A stretch of 64,000 bases of DNA from the IMG/VR virus record IMGVR_UViG_3300035454_000441; one strand, written 5' to 3'. Position 1 is the stretch's first letter. Every line of letters begins with the position of its first letter. Below are positions 9,325-18,687 of this stretch, piece after piece. A program made the position numbers and the translations under genes. The notes under the pieces are model-generated. The model worked only from the letters and a program-made list of their open reading frames with translations, had not been told where the DNA came from and made no database searches. This stretch comes from a virus.

Positions 9325-10042
9325 GCACCACCCCCGTTGACTCTATATCAAAGATTTCTTGGATTGCTTGCGCTATTGCAACAGCAAGTTCTCTGTGTTC
9401 CTGTTGTGTTCCTTCGTCCGTTCTAACATCAATGTAGTGAATGAATGAACGAATTGTTCCCTGCACATACAGGCGGCTGGGTGTACAACCCTCGGGTAGA
9501 ACGCACCTTGCTTGCTCTTTTGCAATCCCGTTATCAAGTGCCCACTGATACACTTGTTTGGCATGTTCAATCAGGGCTTTCTGTCTGTCAATGAAACGGG
9601 ATTGAATACTAACGTGGTCTAGATTACAGGGGTCAAGTGGGACACTCTTCTGCCTGTTCTTGGGGTCCTGCATTCGTGCTTCGCGAATAACGAACTCCAT
9701 TTGTGTTGGGTCCGCATATCGCTGGCTGAACTCTTGAAAGGTGAATGACCTGTGCCTCAAGAGTTGTCTGGCAATGTCTCTCGTTGTTTCAATCTCAACA
9801 GTGATTGAACACATTTCAAAAGGAGAGAAGTGTTTATGTTTTAATAGATAATCTATTAGTTTTTCTGATGTATCTTTGTTGAGTTGATTTGTTGGATTGC
9901 TAATTCTAGCGCAATACGCTATAAGTTCTTTTATGGACTGTATGCCCGTTTTCTCAAAGAACTCTTCGATGGGTTGTGAGTAACAGACCAACGATGCCCG
10001 CATGTTTTCATACCTTTCAAAGTTGTATGGATCCATACACAT
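9317..10042 (-). CDS. thyX: Flavin-dependent thymidylate synthase ThyX
   Basis: ThyX motif RHRSFTFQEFSQRY. Confidence 0.85.
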   Translation of the reverse strand: MCMDPYNFERYENMRASLVCYSQPIEEFFEKTGIQSIKELIAYCARISNPTNQLNKDTSEKLIDYLLKHKHFSPFEMCSITVEIETTRDIARQLLRHRSFTFQEFSQRYADPTQMEFVIREARMQDPKNRQKSVPLDPCNLDHVSIQSRFIDRQKALIEHAKQVYQWALDNGIAKEQARCVLPEGCTPSRLYVQGTIRSFIHYIDVRTDEGTQQEHRELAVAIAQAIQEIFDIESTGVVHG

Positions 10043-10072
10043 TTTTTACGGATCCATACAATTATTTGTACA

Positions 10073-10306
10073 TTACTCCACGGGTGTAGTGGGAGTAACC
10101 TGCGGAATTGCCTGACCACGAATCTTACCAATGAGATCCGCGACACGCACATAAGGACCGGCTGCCAGCGCATCAAGCGCCAGGTTGACTTCATCAACAG
10201 TCAGAACAAGGGTGATTAGCTTTGGCTCAACGACTTCCTGAGTATTCTCTTCTTTTCCTTCTGTCATCTTCTTACCTTTCATGGTTACAACGTTATTTTT
10301 CTTCAT
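10073..10306 (-). CDS. Small hypothetical protein (77 aa), immediately downstream of the radical-SAM gene
   Basis: ORF track; 14-nt overlap with the upstream gene. Confidence 0.4.
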   Translation of the reverse strand: MKKNNVVTMKGKKMTEGKEENTQEVVEPKLITLVLTVDEVNLALDALAAGPYVRVADLIGKIRGQAIPQVTPTTPVE

Positions 10307-11354
10307 CTGTTTTGATCCATTTCAGTTCTGCTGAGGATGTGGTTGTTATGTGTGAATCTCGAAAACCCGGCGGATACGTCTGTACTGCATACATCATAAC
10401 TTGATTGTCCATCCACGGTGGTCTGATGTTATCACTTTGTTTTGGGAATGGTGTTTCAATCGGTTGTAGTCTCATTATCTTTTGAACCAGAGACGGGGAT
10501 TGTTCAAAACACACACGATTGCAATGGTCCTTACAACACTTGGGTGTACCAAATCGCCAATCACGGAAACCAGTCTCCCAGATTTGCCCCATGCTTTCCT
10601 TTAGGAGATTGCCTTGAACCGGCGCATCCGTCCAAGAAACCATAGACAGACAAGGAATAACATCGCCGTTGCAAAGAACACCCAGAGAAGACATTCCCGC
10701 GCCGCAGGCACCGCCGTTAAAGTTGTCAGCAACAATAACATCTTTGTATCCCTTCATGGCACTATTAATCTTATCACACAACGTCTTGGTTGCATACTCG
10801 GATTCATAGATGGCGTTAGAGTTTTTGTCTTTGTACATGGTCAACTGAATCTGCCAAAGCAACCCCCTCTGCTGAACAACGTCAAAGATGGTTTCAAACA
10901 TCCATAGATTTGTTTTGTTGAAGTTGGTGATGATGGTCGGGCGATACTTGGTATCCTTGAAGTACTTCGTATACAGTTCACACTCTCGTTCGGTGTTAAT
11001 AGAGACGCCGATACCATCATAAAGGTCAAGAATGGCACCCCACTCGGATTCACCATAGGGCATAGAACCATCGGTCTTAGGCAAAGACTGGGGATTAACC
11101 AAAATCTTCGACTTGATACCTTTACATTTGAAGATATCGGTAATTTCGTAGTGTGCTTTCCAAGGTACAAGCATAGGATCACCACCAGAAATATTCACCT
11201 CTTTGGGTGGATACTTAGCAATCGCTTGTGCAATCTCAGCATACTTTTCGGGATCACGCGACACTCTTATTCCATGTTCCTTGGAACCACAATAGTCACA
11301 GTTGTTGGTGCATCGGTCGGTAATCTCCCAGATTACTTCATTCAGTCTAATCAT
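10293..11354 (-). CDS. Radical SAM enzyme with a C-terminal SPASM/twitch-like Cys cluster
   Basis: CTNNCDYCGS (Cx3Cx2C), GGDPML, C-terminal CGAG...CNGDVIPC...CCKDHCNRVC. Confidence 0.7.
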   Translation of the reverse strand: MIRLNEVIWEITDRCTNNCDYCGSKEHGIRVSRDPEKYAEIAQAIAKYPPKEVNISGGDPMLVPWKAHYEITDIFKCKGIKSKILVNPQSLPKTDGSMPYGESEWGAILDLYDGIGVSINTERECELYTKYFKDTKYRPTIITNFNKTNLWMFETIFDVVQQRGLLWQIQLTMYKDKNSNAIYESEYATKTLCDKINSAMKGYKDVIVADNFNGGACGAGMSSLGVLCNGDVIPCLSMVSWTDAPVQGNLLKESMGQIWETGFRDWRFGTPKCCKDHCNRVCFEQSPSLVQKIMRLQPIETPFPKQSDNIRPPWMDNQVMMYAVQTYPPGFRDSHITTTSSAELKWIKTDEEK

Positions 11355-11394
11355 TATTTTCTCCTTAGTTAAAACGGGGAAGTAGCCCAGTTAA

Positions 11395-11703
11395 TTACGA
11401 CTCTAGCTTGTCAATTATTGACAACATCTTTTTGGCAACTTCTGTTTGTACTTCAATTGAGGGTCCCTTTTCACACCGATAGATGGAAGTGAGAACCTCA
11501 AGGTTACGCCGATACATCTCCTGCTCTGCTACTTTCTTATTAAGGGGAATCCAGATTTCCCTCTCTTCCATGTCTTTTGCATGGGTCTCTGTTGCTTGTT
11601 TGAGGTTGTGTTCCTCAAATTGTAATTCCAACGATTTTTGTTCCATATAGTACCTTTCTATTCTTCGTCTTCCCCAACGAAGTTCATAGGGGCTACTTCC
11701 CAC
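11395..11703 (-). CDS. Hypothetical protein (102 aa)
   Basis: ORF track. Confidence 0.4.
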   Translation of the reverse strand: MGSSPYELRWGRRRIERYYMEQKSLELQFEEHNLKQATETHAKDMEEREIWIPLNKKVAEQEMYRRNLEVLTSIYRCEKGPSIEVQTEVAKKMLSIIDKLES

Positions 11704-11714
11704 ACCGTATATAG

Positions 11715-11996
11715 CTATTTTGGTAAAGTCTCTGGATTGAAGGTTGGAGTCCCGAACAACAGTCGCTTGTATTCACCTTCATAGTATTGCGCATTCTCTC
11801 TAAGCTGTTTGTTCATCTCCCGAAGTTCTTCTAGCTTTTCGATGACTTCCCTAATAGTATCGACATTGTACGTTTGGAGGAGCATCAAGGGTACGTCTTT
11901 ACCCTTGTAACATTGATTCGTTGTATGGTTACAACGGAATTTCAGTATAGCAATGATTTCATTTATCAATGGACAAGTCTGTTCCACTTTGTTCAT
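11715..11996 (-). CDS. Hypothetical protein (93 aa)
   Basis: ORF track. Confidence 0.4.
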   Translation of the reverse strand: MNKVEQTCPLINEIIAILKFRCNHTTNQCYKGKDVPLMLLQTYNVDTIREVIEKLEELREMNKQLRENAQYYEGEYKRLLFGTPTFNPETLPK

Positions 11997-12330
11997 CTTT
12001 ACTCTGCTTTCGTCTGGGATACATGGGAGGTTCTGGAAAGTACATCCAGTGTGTAATCTCTTCTAGAACAGGCATCCAAGAAACACCACCCTTCATACTA
12101 ATGGTCATCTGAATGAAGTCACATTCTGGTGCCTCGGGAGAGTCATAGTATTCGGAGATGGGATTACCGTTTCTGTCCTTAGTCTTTGAGTAGTGACCAG
12201 CGCGGACAGTGTAACCTTTGCCGGGTCTAATCTCTTCATAAACGTGGTCGAACTCGGCTACTAATACGGAGACGCCGTACTTGCCCTCAGGGATTTCAGG
12301 CAGTCTCTTACTAACGGGAATCCATCTCAT
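11959..12330 (-). CDS. Hypothetical protein (123 aa)
   Basis: ORF track. Confidence 0.4.
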   Translation of the reverse strand: MRWIPVSKRLPEIPEGKYGVSVLVAEFDHVYEEIRPGKGYTVRAGHYSKTKDRNGNPISEYYDSPEAPECDFIQMTISMKGGVSWMPVLEEITHWMYFPEPPMYPRRKQSKDEQSGTDLSIDK

Positions 12331-12582
12331 TTATTTGAACCTCAGAATGCCCATCGGTGTTATGTCTGAAAGTGTGAACTCCTCTAAAAACCTATCTCTT
12401 TCGGTATCAGTAACTATGACGACCTGCCAGCCCGCGGGCTCCGTGCGTGGTACCATTACGAATGATAGACGATCCCCCTCTTGATAGACTCTACCAAATA
12501 CCGAACGTGACTGCATCGCTACCGCTTGCTCCTTCAACAGAGGAGCGCCGAACTTAGTATCAAGAATATGTTCTGTTTTCAT
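12331..12582 (-). CDS. Hypothetical protein (83 aa)
   Basis: ORF track. Confidence 0.4.
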   Translation of the reverse strand: MKTEHILDTKFGAPLLKEQAVAMQSRSVFGRVYQEGDRLSFVMVPRTEPAGWQVVIVTDTERDRFLEEFTLSDITPMGILRFK

Positions 12583-12583
12583 A

Positions 12584-13195
12584 TTAGTCCCACCAACCCC
12601 TCATATGCCCGAGATTTTTAATGAACAGCTTCCAGACCTTTTCGTCCATCGCCGCCGCCTTGTACATACCGACGCGATACTCCTCATTCTGCTCTTCGGT
12701 ACGTTTATCTATAAGAGAGTATAACACCGGAATACCATAGGAGTCAACCTGGCAGACCTCACTTTCTAAGTCATTCTTGACGCCATGCTTCTCTTGCATC
12801 TCAAGATAGTTCTTCACAGCATATGTTTCGTCGCGGTGCATTTCAAGCAATCTACGGGTCCATTTGATTCGCTTGGCGTCTCTCTTGGCACTAGCAGACA
12901 TAGTATTGGGACCCTCAAAGAACCGTTGCATTTCTTCAAGTTGTTTGTCCATAATCCGTAGCAGATAGTCGTGGTCAAAAACATCAGTGTTCCAGATGAT
13001 ACCCTTCCAAATCCAGAAGTTACGAACACCGCGCTTCAAGGCGTACCAAGGATGAAACACCAACTCGTCCCAGATTTTACACCAGTGTCTATAAGCGTCC
13101 TGCTTAGATGCTTTTCTGGACGGGTGTTTCAAGAGAACGAATAGTTCCTCAAACATCCACTTGAACTCATACCATGCCCTTCTGATTGCGCCCAT
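12584..13195 (-). CDS. Hypothetical protein (203 aa)
   Basis: ORF track. Confidence 0.45.
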   Translation of the reverse strand: MGAIRRAWYEFKWMFEELFVLLKHPSRKASKQDAYRHWCKIWDELVFHPWYALKRGVRNFWIWKGIIWNTDVFDHDYLLRIMDKQLEEMQRFFEGPNTMSASAKRDAKRIKWTRRLLEMHRDETYAVKNYLEMQEKHGVKNDLESEVCQVDSYGIPVLYSLIDKRTEEQNEEYRVGMYKAAAMDEKVWKLFIKNLGHMRGWWD

Positions 13196-13295
13196 TTATT
13201 TTTGCCTTCCATTAACTTTTTTTAAGAAAAACTAGTGAAATGTTACTATATAATAATGAGAGAACATTAACAATCATTAACGAAAGGGAACCACC

Positions 13296-13436
13296 ATGTT
13301 CACTAAAAAGTTCAAAGACTATCTCCGCGACTCATACATCATTGTCATCCTGATTATCTTGGGTGCATTTGCAACCATCAGCGCAATCCTCATAGCCTGG
13401 CCCGCAATCGCATATCTTGGTGCGAAACTGTTCTAA
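13296..13436 (+). CDS. Possible small membrane protein (46 aa) on the plus strand, convergently overlapping the phosphatase C-terminus
   Basis: RBS AAAGGGAA 7 nt before ATG; hydrophobic core IIVILIILGAFATISAILIAW. Confidence 0.3.
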   Translation: MFTKKFKDYLRDSYIIVILIILGAFATISAILIAWPAIAYLGAKLF

Positions 13437-14174
13437 TTGACCAAAGCGTTTCTCAAAGCCGGGAGTGTTCTGTCCTAGCTTGAGAACGTCCCAATACAGA
13501 CCAACAACGTTGTCCAAGAACTGGTCATCATAGTGCATATGCCCATGGTACCACTTTTTGAAGCCCGAATTGTTTCTGATTTCAAGAAACATATCATTCA
13601 AATGTTGCGCAACCAAGTCCCCCGTCTTAGCACTTGAAGACTCAAACGGACTCATACGTGGCATGGCTCTCAGAGGTGGTACATGGGTGATGACATAGTT
13701 GATGGCCTTACTGCTCCGAATGTTGCTCCAAGCGAGGTCTAGTTCCTGCTCGTTAGGATACTCTCTAGCCCACCAAGAGATATCTTCGGTGCGGTATTGC
13801 TTGTCAATAGACAGACCACCACCAAACACGAATACAGTATCATCACCAAACGTGTAAATGTTTCCACGACGAAGATGATAGATTTCACCCCTTTCGGTCT
13901 TGACTACACCGACCGGTCCACCGAACTTCTCTTCAACTTCGAGGCGGTCAACCATATCGAAGTTCTCATGGTTGCCGTCCACGAAGCAAGTGGTCCAAGG
14001 CTTCTCAGCCAGCCAATCCAACCAGTATCGTTCTTCCTTTGTATTAGCCCAAAGACCACCGAAGTCGCCAGCAATGATGACAACATCCTCTTTAGTCAAA
14101 AGGGTGCCTTGTGGAAAGTTGTCTGTGGTGAATCTATGAAAATCACCATGTGTGTCGCCTGTAATGTAGACCAT
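13332..14174 (-). CDS. Ser/Thr metallophosphatase (calcineurin-like phosphoesterase) with a Cys-rich C-terminal tail
   Basis: GDTHGD, GDFGG, GNHE motifs. Confidence 0.75.
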   Translation of the reverse strand: MVYITGDTHGDFHRFTTDNFPQGTLLTKEDVVIIAGDFGGLWANTKEERYWLDWLAEKPWTTCFVDGNHENFDMVDRLEVEEKFGGPVGVVKTERGEIYHLRRGNIYTFGDDTVFVFGGGLSIDKQYRTEDISWWAREYPNEQELDLAWSNIRSSKAINYVITHVPPLRAMPRMSPFESSSAKTGDLVAQHLNDMFLEIRNNSGFKKWYHGHMHYDDQFLDNVVGLYWDVLKLGQNTPGFEKRFGQLEQFRTKICDCGPGYEDCADGCKCTQDNQDDNDV

Positions 14175-14175
14175 A

Positions 14176-14799
14176 TTAGTTAATCCATTTCAGAGTGGTG
14201 TTACCCTTAAATCCCTTTTCCCAGACAAACCAAGCATAACAGACAGCAGAGCCGCCATCATCGTCTGGTAGAAACTCACCGTTCTTCCTACAAGCAATCC
14301 TTGATGATGAAACATAGATTGTCTTGGGTGGTGCGTGTTCAAACAACATCTTTCGTTTCTTACCCTCACAGAAGGTCAGCTTTAGAAACATCGCTACCTT
14401 GTAACCGGGTGCCACGATATCCAACGACCTCTCTATAAACTCTTGAGCGAACTTATAGGGTGGGTTGGTGATAATGTGTATCTTCTGATTGAGGTCAACA
14501 TCAAAGTCAAACGTGTAAAGGAAGTCCCGAACTTCATCCAACTTGAATGTGCGTTCAATGATATCTGTAGCCTTGACTTCATAACCCTTTTCGCGAAAGA
14601 CGTTGACTAGATGCCCCTCTCCAGCCGCGGGTTCCCAAATTGGCCCATTGAACTCCTCCACTTGAAGTAGAATTTCCGCCGCTATTGGATCTGTAGCATA
14701 AAAGTCTCTTAACTCTCTTTCCTCGTCCGTATGCGAGGACGCGCCAAGCGTTGTATAAATCGCTCGGCGACCTGAACCTACCCAGTCTTTCTTACTCAT
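14176..14799 (-). CDS. DNA N6-adenine methyltransferase (Dam-like)
   Basis: Motif IV NPPY; motif I EPAAGEGHL. Confidence 0.7.
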   Translation of the reverse strand: MSKKDWVGSGRRAIYTTLGASSHTDEERELRDFYATDPIAAEILLQVEEFNGPIWEPAAGEGHLVNVFREKGYEVKATDIIERTFKLDEVRDFLYTFDFDVDLNQKIHIITNPPYKFAQEFIERSLDIVAPGYKVAMFLKLTFCEGKKRKMLFEHAPPKTIYVSSSRIACRKNGEFLPDDDGGSAVCYAWFVWEKGFKGNTTLKWIN

Positions 14800-15080
14800 G
14801 CAAGTGCGTTAGCAATCCTATCTTTCAGTTCTTGGTTCTCTTTGCGTAAGCGTTGAACCTCTTCGACCCACCATGGATTAGGTGATACCATATTGTGCCT
14901 ACAAGCGGGGTTCTTACAGAAGAACGATGCCCTGTCCCACATTGCACCCCATACCTCTGTTTCCTTGGCATAGAGTGCTTTCTTGGTAAGCATATGTAGA
15001 TACTTAGCATCAGTGACAATGGAAATATCCACCATCATACTAACATTTTCTGTACTACATTTAGGGCATTTAAATCCCAT
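14796..15080 (-). CDS. Zinc-ribbon protein (94 aa)
   Basis: CPKCS...CKNPAC. Confidence 0.45.
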   Translation of the reverse strand: MGFKCPKCSTENVSMMVDISIVTDAKYLHMLTKKALYAKETEVWGAMWDRASFFCKNPACRHNMVSPNPWWVEEVQRLRKENQELKDRIANALA

Positions 15081-15082
15081 AA

Positions 15083-15352
15083 CTATTCTTCCGTTTTATA
15101 CATAATCTGGTCTTCTCGTTCATCCAGAAAGTATATCAATTCACGCGCTTCCCTGTATATTCTCATAGTTGTCACCATAGAACACGATTGTTTTGTGTGT
15201 TTTCTTTCGAATGCATCAACCATTGCGCGAGTGACCTCACAATGGTTCACGGTCTTACAGGACAAAATAGTCTTGAGAACTTTCCTGGCGTCCAACTTGA
15301 TTTCATCTGTTTTAAAGAACATACTATCTCCTAGTTGAATTGAGACTGCCAT
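15083..15352 (-). CDS. Hypothetical protein (89 aa)
   Basis: ORF track. Confidence 0.4.
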   Translation of the reverse strand: MAVSIQLGDSMFFKTDEIKLDARKVLKTILSCKTVNHCEVTRAMVDAFERKHTKQSCSMVTTMRIYREARELIYFLDEREDQIMYKTEE

Positions 15353-15461
15353 AGAAAGTCTTGATATTCGTTCTCGAGGAGTTCCAAGAAGAACGTATCG
15401 ATTTCATCAATGGCGGCAAGTTCGCCACGCTCGTCCTCCGAGAGATATGTATCTTCCAAGA

Positions 15462-15650
15462 TTAGACTCCTTCGTAAACGATTTCGTTAGAACGACCGCT
15501 TTCTTTGCCGAGGTAGTAGGCGAACATATCAGCATGGGCCAAGGCGGAACGACCGTGGAAGTCTGCTTTCGCCGTGATTTCTTCGCCCTTGGTGACCAGC
15601 ACAACAACAGCCTCGGGGGAGATTTTCTTGACCAGAATCATCTTAGGCAA
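15462..15650 (-). CDS. Hypothetical protein (62 aa)
   Basis: ORF track. Confidence 0.35.
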   Translation of the reverse strand: MPKMILVKKISPEAVVVLVTKGEEITAKADFHGRSALAHADMFAYYLGKESGRSNEIVYEGV

Positions 15651-16002
15651 TTCCTTTCAGGTAGCCGTAGGGGAGATTGTAGGTGTATTCGAAGTAGTCA
15701 TCATCGTGCATCAAGTATTCATCGTTTTCAGCTTGACGGAGCCAGCGAAGAGCAGTCGCTTTGTCTTCCGCACCCGAGGCGATCATGGTGGTCAAGAGAA
15801 CTTCGAAGCGATTGACCGCCTCGTTCCGCATTTCCTTTTCGCGTTCGATTTCCGCGTCAAGGTCGACCAGAAGAGCGTCCCAGATGGCTTGCTTCTCTTC
15901 CGGTGTCGCATCATCAGCATAGAAGCGACCACCACGGGGACGAAAGCCATAAGCATCTTTGTGGAGGTCAGAGTAGATGTTTTCGTCGTAGGTGAAAGTC
16001 AT
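15643..16002 (-). CDS. Hypothetical protein (119 aa)
   Basis: ORF track. Confidence 0.45.
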   Translation of the reverse strand: MTFTYDENIYSDLHKDAYGFRPRGGRFYADDATPEEKQAIWDALLVDLDAEIEREKEMRNEAVNRFEVLLTTMIASGAEDKATALRWLRQAENDEYLMHDDDYFEYTYNLPYGYLKGIA

Positions 16003-16088
16003 TACTTGCTCACTTTCGCTTTAGCCGGGAGGTAGGAAAGAAGACAGGGAATGAAGAAGCCGAGCAACATCACGATTTCGTATTTCAT
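16003..16088 (-). CDS. Small hydrophobic peptide (28 aa) directly after promoter c; below the ORF-track cutoff
   Basis: RBS AAGGAG + ATG; TAATG overlap with the next gene. Confidence 0.3.
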
Positions 16089-16121
16089 AGAGTCTCCTTG
16101 GTTAGCGTCGATTACAGATAC

Positions 16122-16150
16122 ATCTTACACCAACCAAGAAGTTGTGTCAA
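16122..16150 (-). promoter_or_regulatory. Early promoter, cassette copy c (TTGACA-N17-TAAGAT + GTATCTGTAAT, inverted repeat CTTGGTTGG/CTAACCAAGG)
   Basis: tgtcaa 16145-16150 / atctta 16122-16127. Confidence 0.6.
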
Positions 16151-16153
16151 CAC

Positions 16154-16501
16154 TTATTTTTGTTCGGGACGTGTTTTCATCATTTTTTCTGCGATTGTCC
16201 AAGCTAACTTACAACGGTCTTCGTTGTTGCCCGCTCCAGCATAGTCTTTGTAGCAAGAGAGAATGCCTTGGAGGGCGCCTAGGGCGAACTGGTCCCTGAG
16301 GCGGGTTTCATACTGCTCTTGATTCAACTCATGGTTCTTCCGATTGCGTTCGGCTTCCTCTTCCGCCAGCACCATCAGCTTGTCAACCATTTCGCCCAAG
16401 AGACGCCTGTTCTGCTCCTCAAGGCGCTTGGCATGGGCTTCATTCAAACGATTAATCTCTTCAATGTATCTGTCAAGGTCAGTCACGGGGATCCTCCTCA
16501 C
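16154..16501 (-). CDS. Coiled-coil hypothetical protein (115 aa)
   Basis: ORF track. Confidence 0.4.
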   Translation of the reverse strand: MRRIPVTDLDRYIEEINRLNEAHAKRLEEQNRRLLGEMVDKLMVLAEEEAERNRKNHELNQEQYETRLRDQFALGALQGILSCYKDYAGAGNNEDRCKLAWTIAEKMMKTRPEQK

Positions 16502-16703
16502 CGGGTTCCAGTTTCTCTTCCAAGAGGTTTACACCCCTTCGCATCATATGAACTTCTGTAGCCCAAGGATAGTGTTTTAAACAACCTAGTGCCCGTTGTC
16601 TAATCGTCTTGGGTATTCTGGGGTATTTGGTGAAGTCGGCAATGTCATAAAGAAACTGCCTGACTTCATCAATAGACCTTGCTCTTTCCGCGGGTGTTGT
16701 CAT
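16479..16703 (-). CDS. Hypothetical protein (74 aa)
   Basis: ORF track. Confidence 0.4.
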   Translation of the reverse strand: MTTPAERARSIDEVRQFLYDIADFTKYPRIPKTIRQRALGCLKHYPWATEVHMMRRGVNLLEEKLEPGEEDPRD

Positions 16704-17293
16704 TGTTCACCCTTCTGTTCCAACAACTCAATCCGCTTGTTCAAGTACCACTGGGCTTTCTTAAGGTCTTCAAGATACTTGTTCGGGTCTTTCTTACCAG
16801 CCCGAGAAACGTACTTGATGACGTTGCCGAGAAAGTAGTCCTTGTCCAATCCCCAAGCAATGATGACCTTAACTGTCTCATAGACGTTGTTGATGCCGCC
16901 GTAGTGCGCGGGACTATTGACTGGATCAGTTGCGATAATATCTTTACCTGCCCAACTTGCGGAGGGCTTTTGTGCTTGACTCATAGAGTATATACGCTCC
17001 TTATATCTGTAGTATTCTTCAAACTTCAAAGCCGAGGGTCCGACTAAATCAAAAGAACTGATAATGTGTTCTAAACCATACTCAAAAATGTCCATGTAGT
17101 GGCCAAAATCTACGAGACTATGGGCCATCAACAGATCGTTATCGTAAAAGAAATCATTTGCCTCATTGTAGCAAATGACATGGTCCCCGTTATAGAGAAT
17201 GGTATCACATCGTTTATCTATAAACTCAGTAAGTGCATACTCTAAACAGTTCATTGTTTCCTCACACAGGCGGGGCAAGCAACATACAACCAT
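16700..17293 (-). CDS. DUF3310-like phage protein (197 aa)
   Basis: C-terminal block SPAHYGG...WGLDKDYFLGNVIKYVSRAGKK...KKAQWYL recalled as DUF3310-like. Confidence 0.4.
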   Translation of the reverse strand: MVVCCLPRLCEETMNCLEYALTEFIDKRCDTILYNGDHVICYNEANDFFYDNDLLMAHSLVDFGHYMDIFEYGLEHIISSFDLVGPSALKFEEYYRYKERIYSMSQAQKPSASWAGKDIIATDPVNSPAHYGGINNVYETVKVIIAWGLDKDYFLGNVIKYVSRAGKKDPNKYLEDLKKAQWYLNKRIELLEQKGEQ

Positions 17294-17664
17294 CCACCCT
17301 TTTGCATCGTTCCACGTTCGCCGCAGTTCTCACACGTTATAGCTGAAAGAGAGGATGCCATATCGATAACACCAGCGGTGTATTCATCACCGCCGTTGTA
17401 ATATATTCGCAAGGTGCCGAACTTCTCTTTGACTTGAACAAAGACCACGGGCATGTACTCGGTGGTGTCAACACCACTTTCCTTATACCGCGTCTTCCAC
17501 TTTTCGTGTTGGGCTATACAGTCGCAAGCATTCCAGAGAATATCAAACCAACCATCACCATGAGTACATCCCCAACACATACACGTTTCTTGGGGTGTCT
17601 TTTCGTGTTGCTGAAAGATAGATGGAAACTCTTTGTATAACTTTTCTTCTAGTTCTTTTCTCAC
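17251..17664 (-). CDS. Cys-rich hypothetical protein (137 aa)
   Basis: CMCWGC...CENCG...CPAC. Confidence 0.45.
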   Translation of the reverse strand: MRKELEEKLYKEFPSIFQQHEKTPQETCMCWGCTHGDGWFDILWNACDCIAQHEKWKTRYKESGVDTTEYMPVVFVQVKEKFGTLRIYYNGGDEYTAGVIDMASSLSAITCENCGERGTMQKGGWLYVACPACVRKQ

Positions 17665-17942
17665 TTGTATTCCTCGCTGATACGGAATGAATGAATCAAG
17701 TCCCGCCGCACGGTGTAACTGCCCTTATTGTAAGGGATAGTGAATGTCGGGGATTGAGGTCGACAATGATACCATTTGACGAAATCCCTCCACGGCAACG
17801 CCAACGAACCCCTCTCAGGCACTTTGCAGGCATAGCTAACTGTAGAACCCACCGTGAAAAATATGTACAGGGCAGATTCGCGTTGTCTAACTATCGGACT
17901 CGCTACAGGACCGTCTTTCTTCTTGGGTGGCCAGAGTGCCAT
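17661..17942 (-). CDS. Hypothetical protein (start trimmed to the internal Met)
   Basis: Avoids a 150-nt overlap with the next ORF. Confidence 0.3.
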   Translation of the reverse strand: MALWPPKKKDGPVASPIVRQRESALYIFFTVGSTVSYACKVPERGSLALPWRDFVKWYHCRPQSPTFTIPYNKGSYTVRRDLIHSFRISEEYK

Positions 17943-18147
17943 CAGTTTTCTCCTCAATGAAGGTTTCAAGTGCTTTGATGACTGCCCACTCAATGAGCAG
18001 TTCATTAAGTTTCTGTTCTGGTATGTTACGCTTGGCAAAGTCGAGTAGCGCGTTGTACTCTTCCTCCGTGAAGTCGCATTCCCAGTTGACTGTTGCCGAC
18101 TCTGTTTCCTTTAGTATTTCCATGATATTCCTAATGCAGAAGCGCAC
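17887..18147 (-). CDS. Hypothetical protein (86 aa)
   Basis: ORF track. Confidence 0.35.
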   Translation of the reverse strand: MRFCIRNIMEILKETESATVNWECDFTEEEYNALLDFAKRNIPEQKLNELLIEWAVIKALETFIEEKTDGTLATQEERRSCSESDS

Positions 18148-18404
18148 CGAAATCGGTCGTTCTTTTTAAACAGATGGTCATTTAGCTTGAACTCTTTCAA
18201 GACGTAATCACCATTCCAGCCACCTTCCCAAGTCTGAATGAACCCGGTTTCTTTGAGATACATTCGGAGGGCATGGAAGGCGGGATGGTCCACCTGCGTC
18301 TGTGTTGTGCAGAATGTTCCTAGACAATCCGTGTATCCATATTCAACGGTCACGGAAGTTAGGAACTCGGGTCTAACTGTGAAGATTGGTATATTCTTAG
18401 TCAT
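18111..18404 (-). CDS. Hypothetical protein (97 aa)
   Basis: ORF track. Confidence 0.4.
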   Translation of the reverse strand: MTKNIPIFTVRPEFLTSVTVEYGYTDCLGTFCTTQTQVDHPAFHALRMYLKETGFIQTWEGGWNGDYVLKEFKLNDHLFKKNDRFRCASALGISWKY

Positions 18405-18687
18405 TGATGATTAGTACATTCACACCCAGTAGCTTGAAGCGGTCGGTCGAACCCAGAACAGCGAAGCGATAACCAGCAACCTCACCATCGGGAGTGCGGT
18501 CAACGGTCTCAAGAAAGAATTGGACTTCCTTACCCGTCAAGTGACTTTCCAGAGTGATGGTATCAACGAACTTACCGAAACGAAGCCCGCGTTCAACATT
18601 AAGCTTCCCGCCAGGCAACTCAGACAGTTCAGCGACGAAAGTTTTGGTGGTCGGGTTGAACGTGAACAGACTGGTCGACAGACTCAT
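18397..18687 (-). CDS. Hypothetical protein (96 aa)
   Basis: ORF track. Confidence 0.4.
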   Translation of the reverse strand: MSLSTSLFTFNPTTKTFVAELSELPGGKLNVERGLRFGKFVDTITLESHLTGKEVQFFLETVDRTPDGEVAGYRFAVLGSTDRFKLLGVNVLIIND

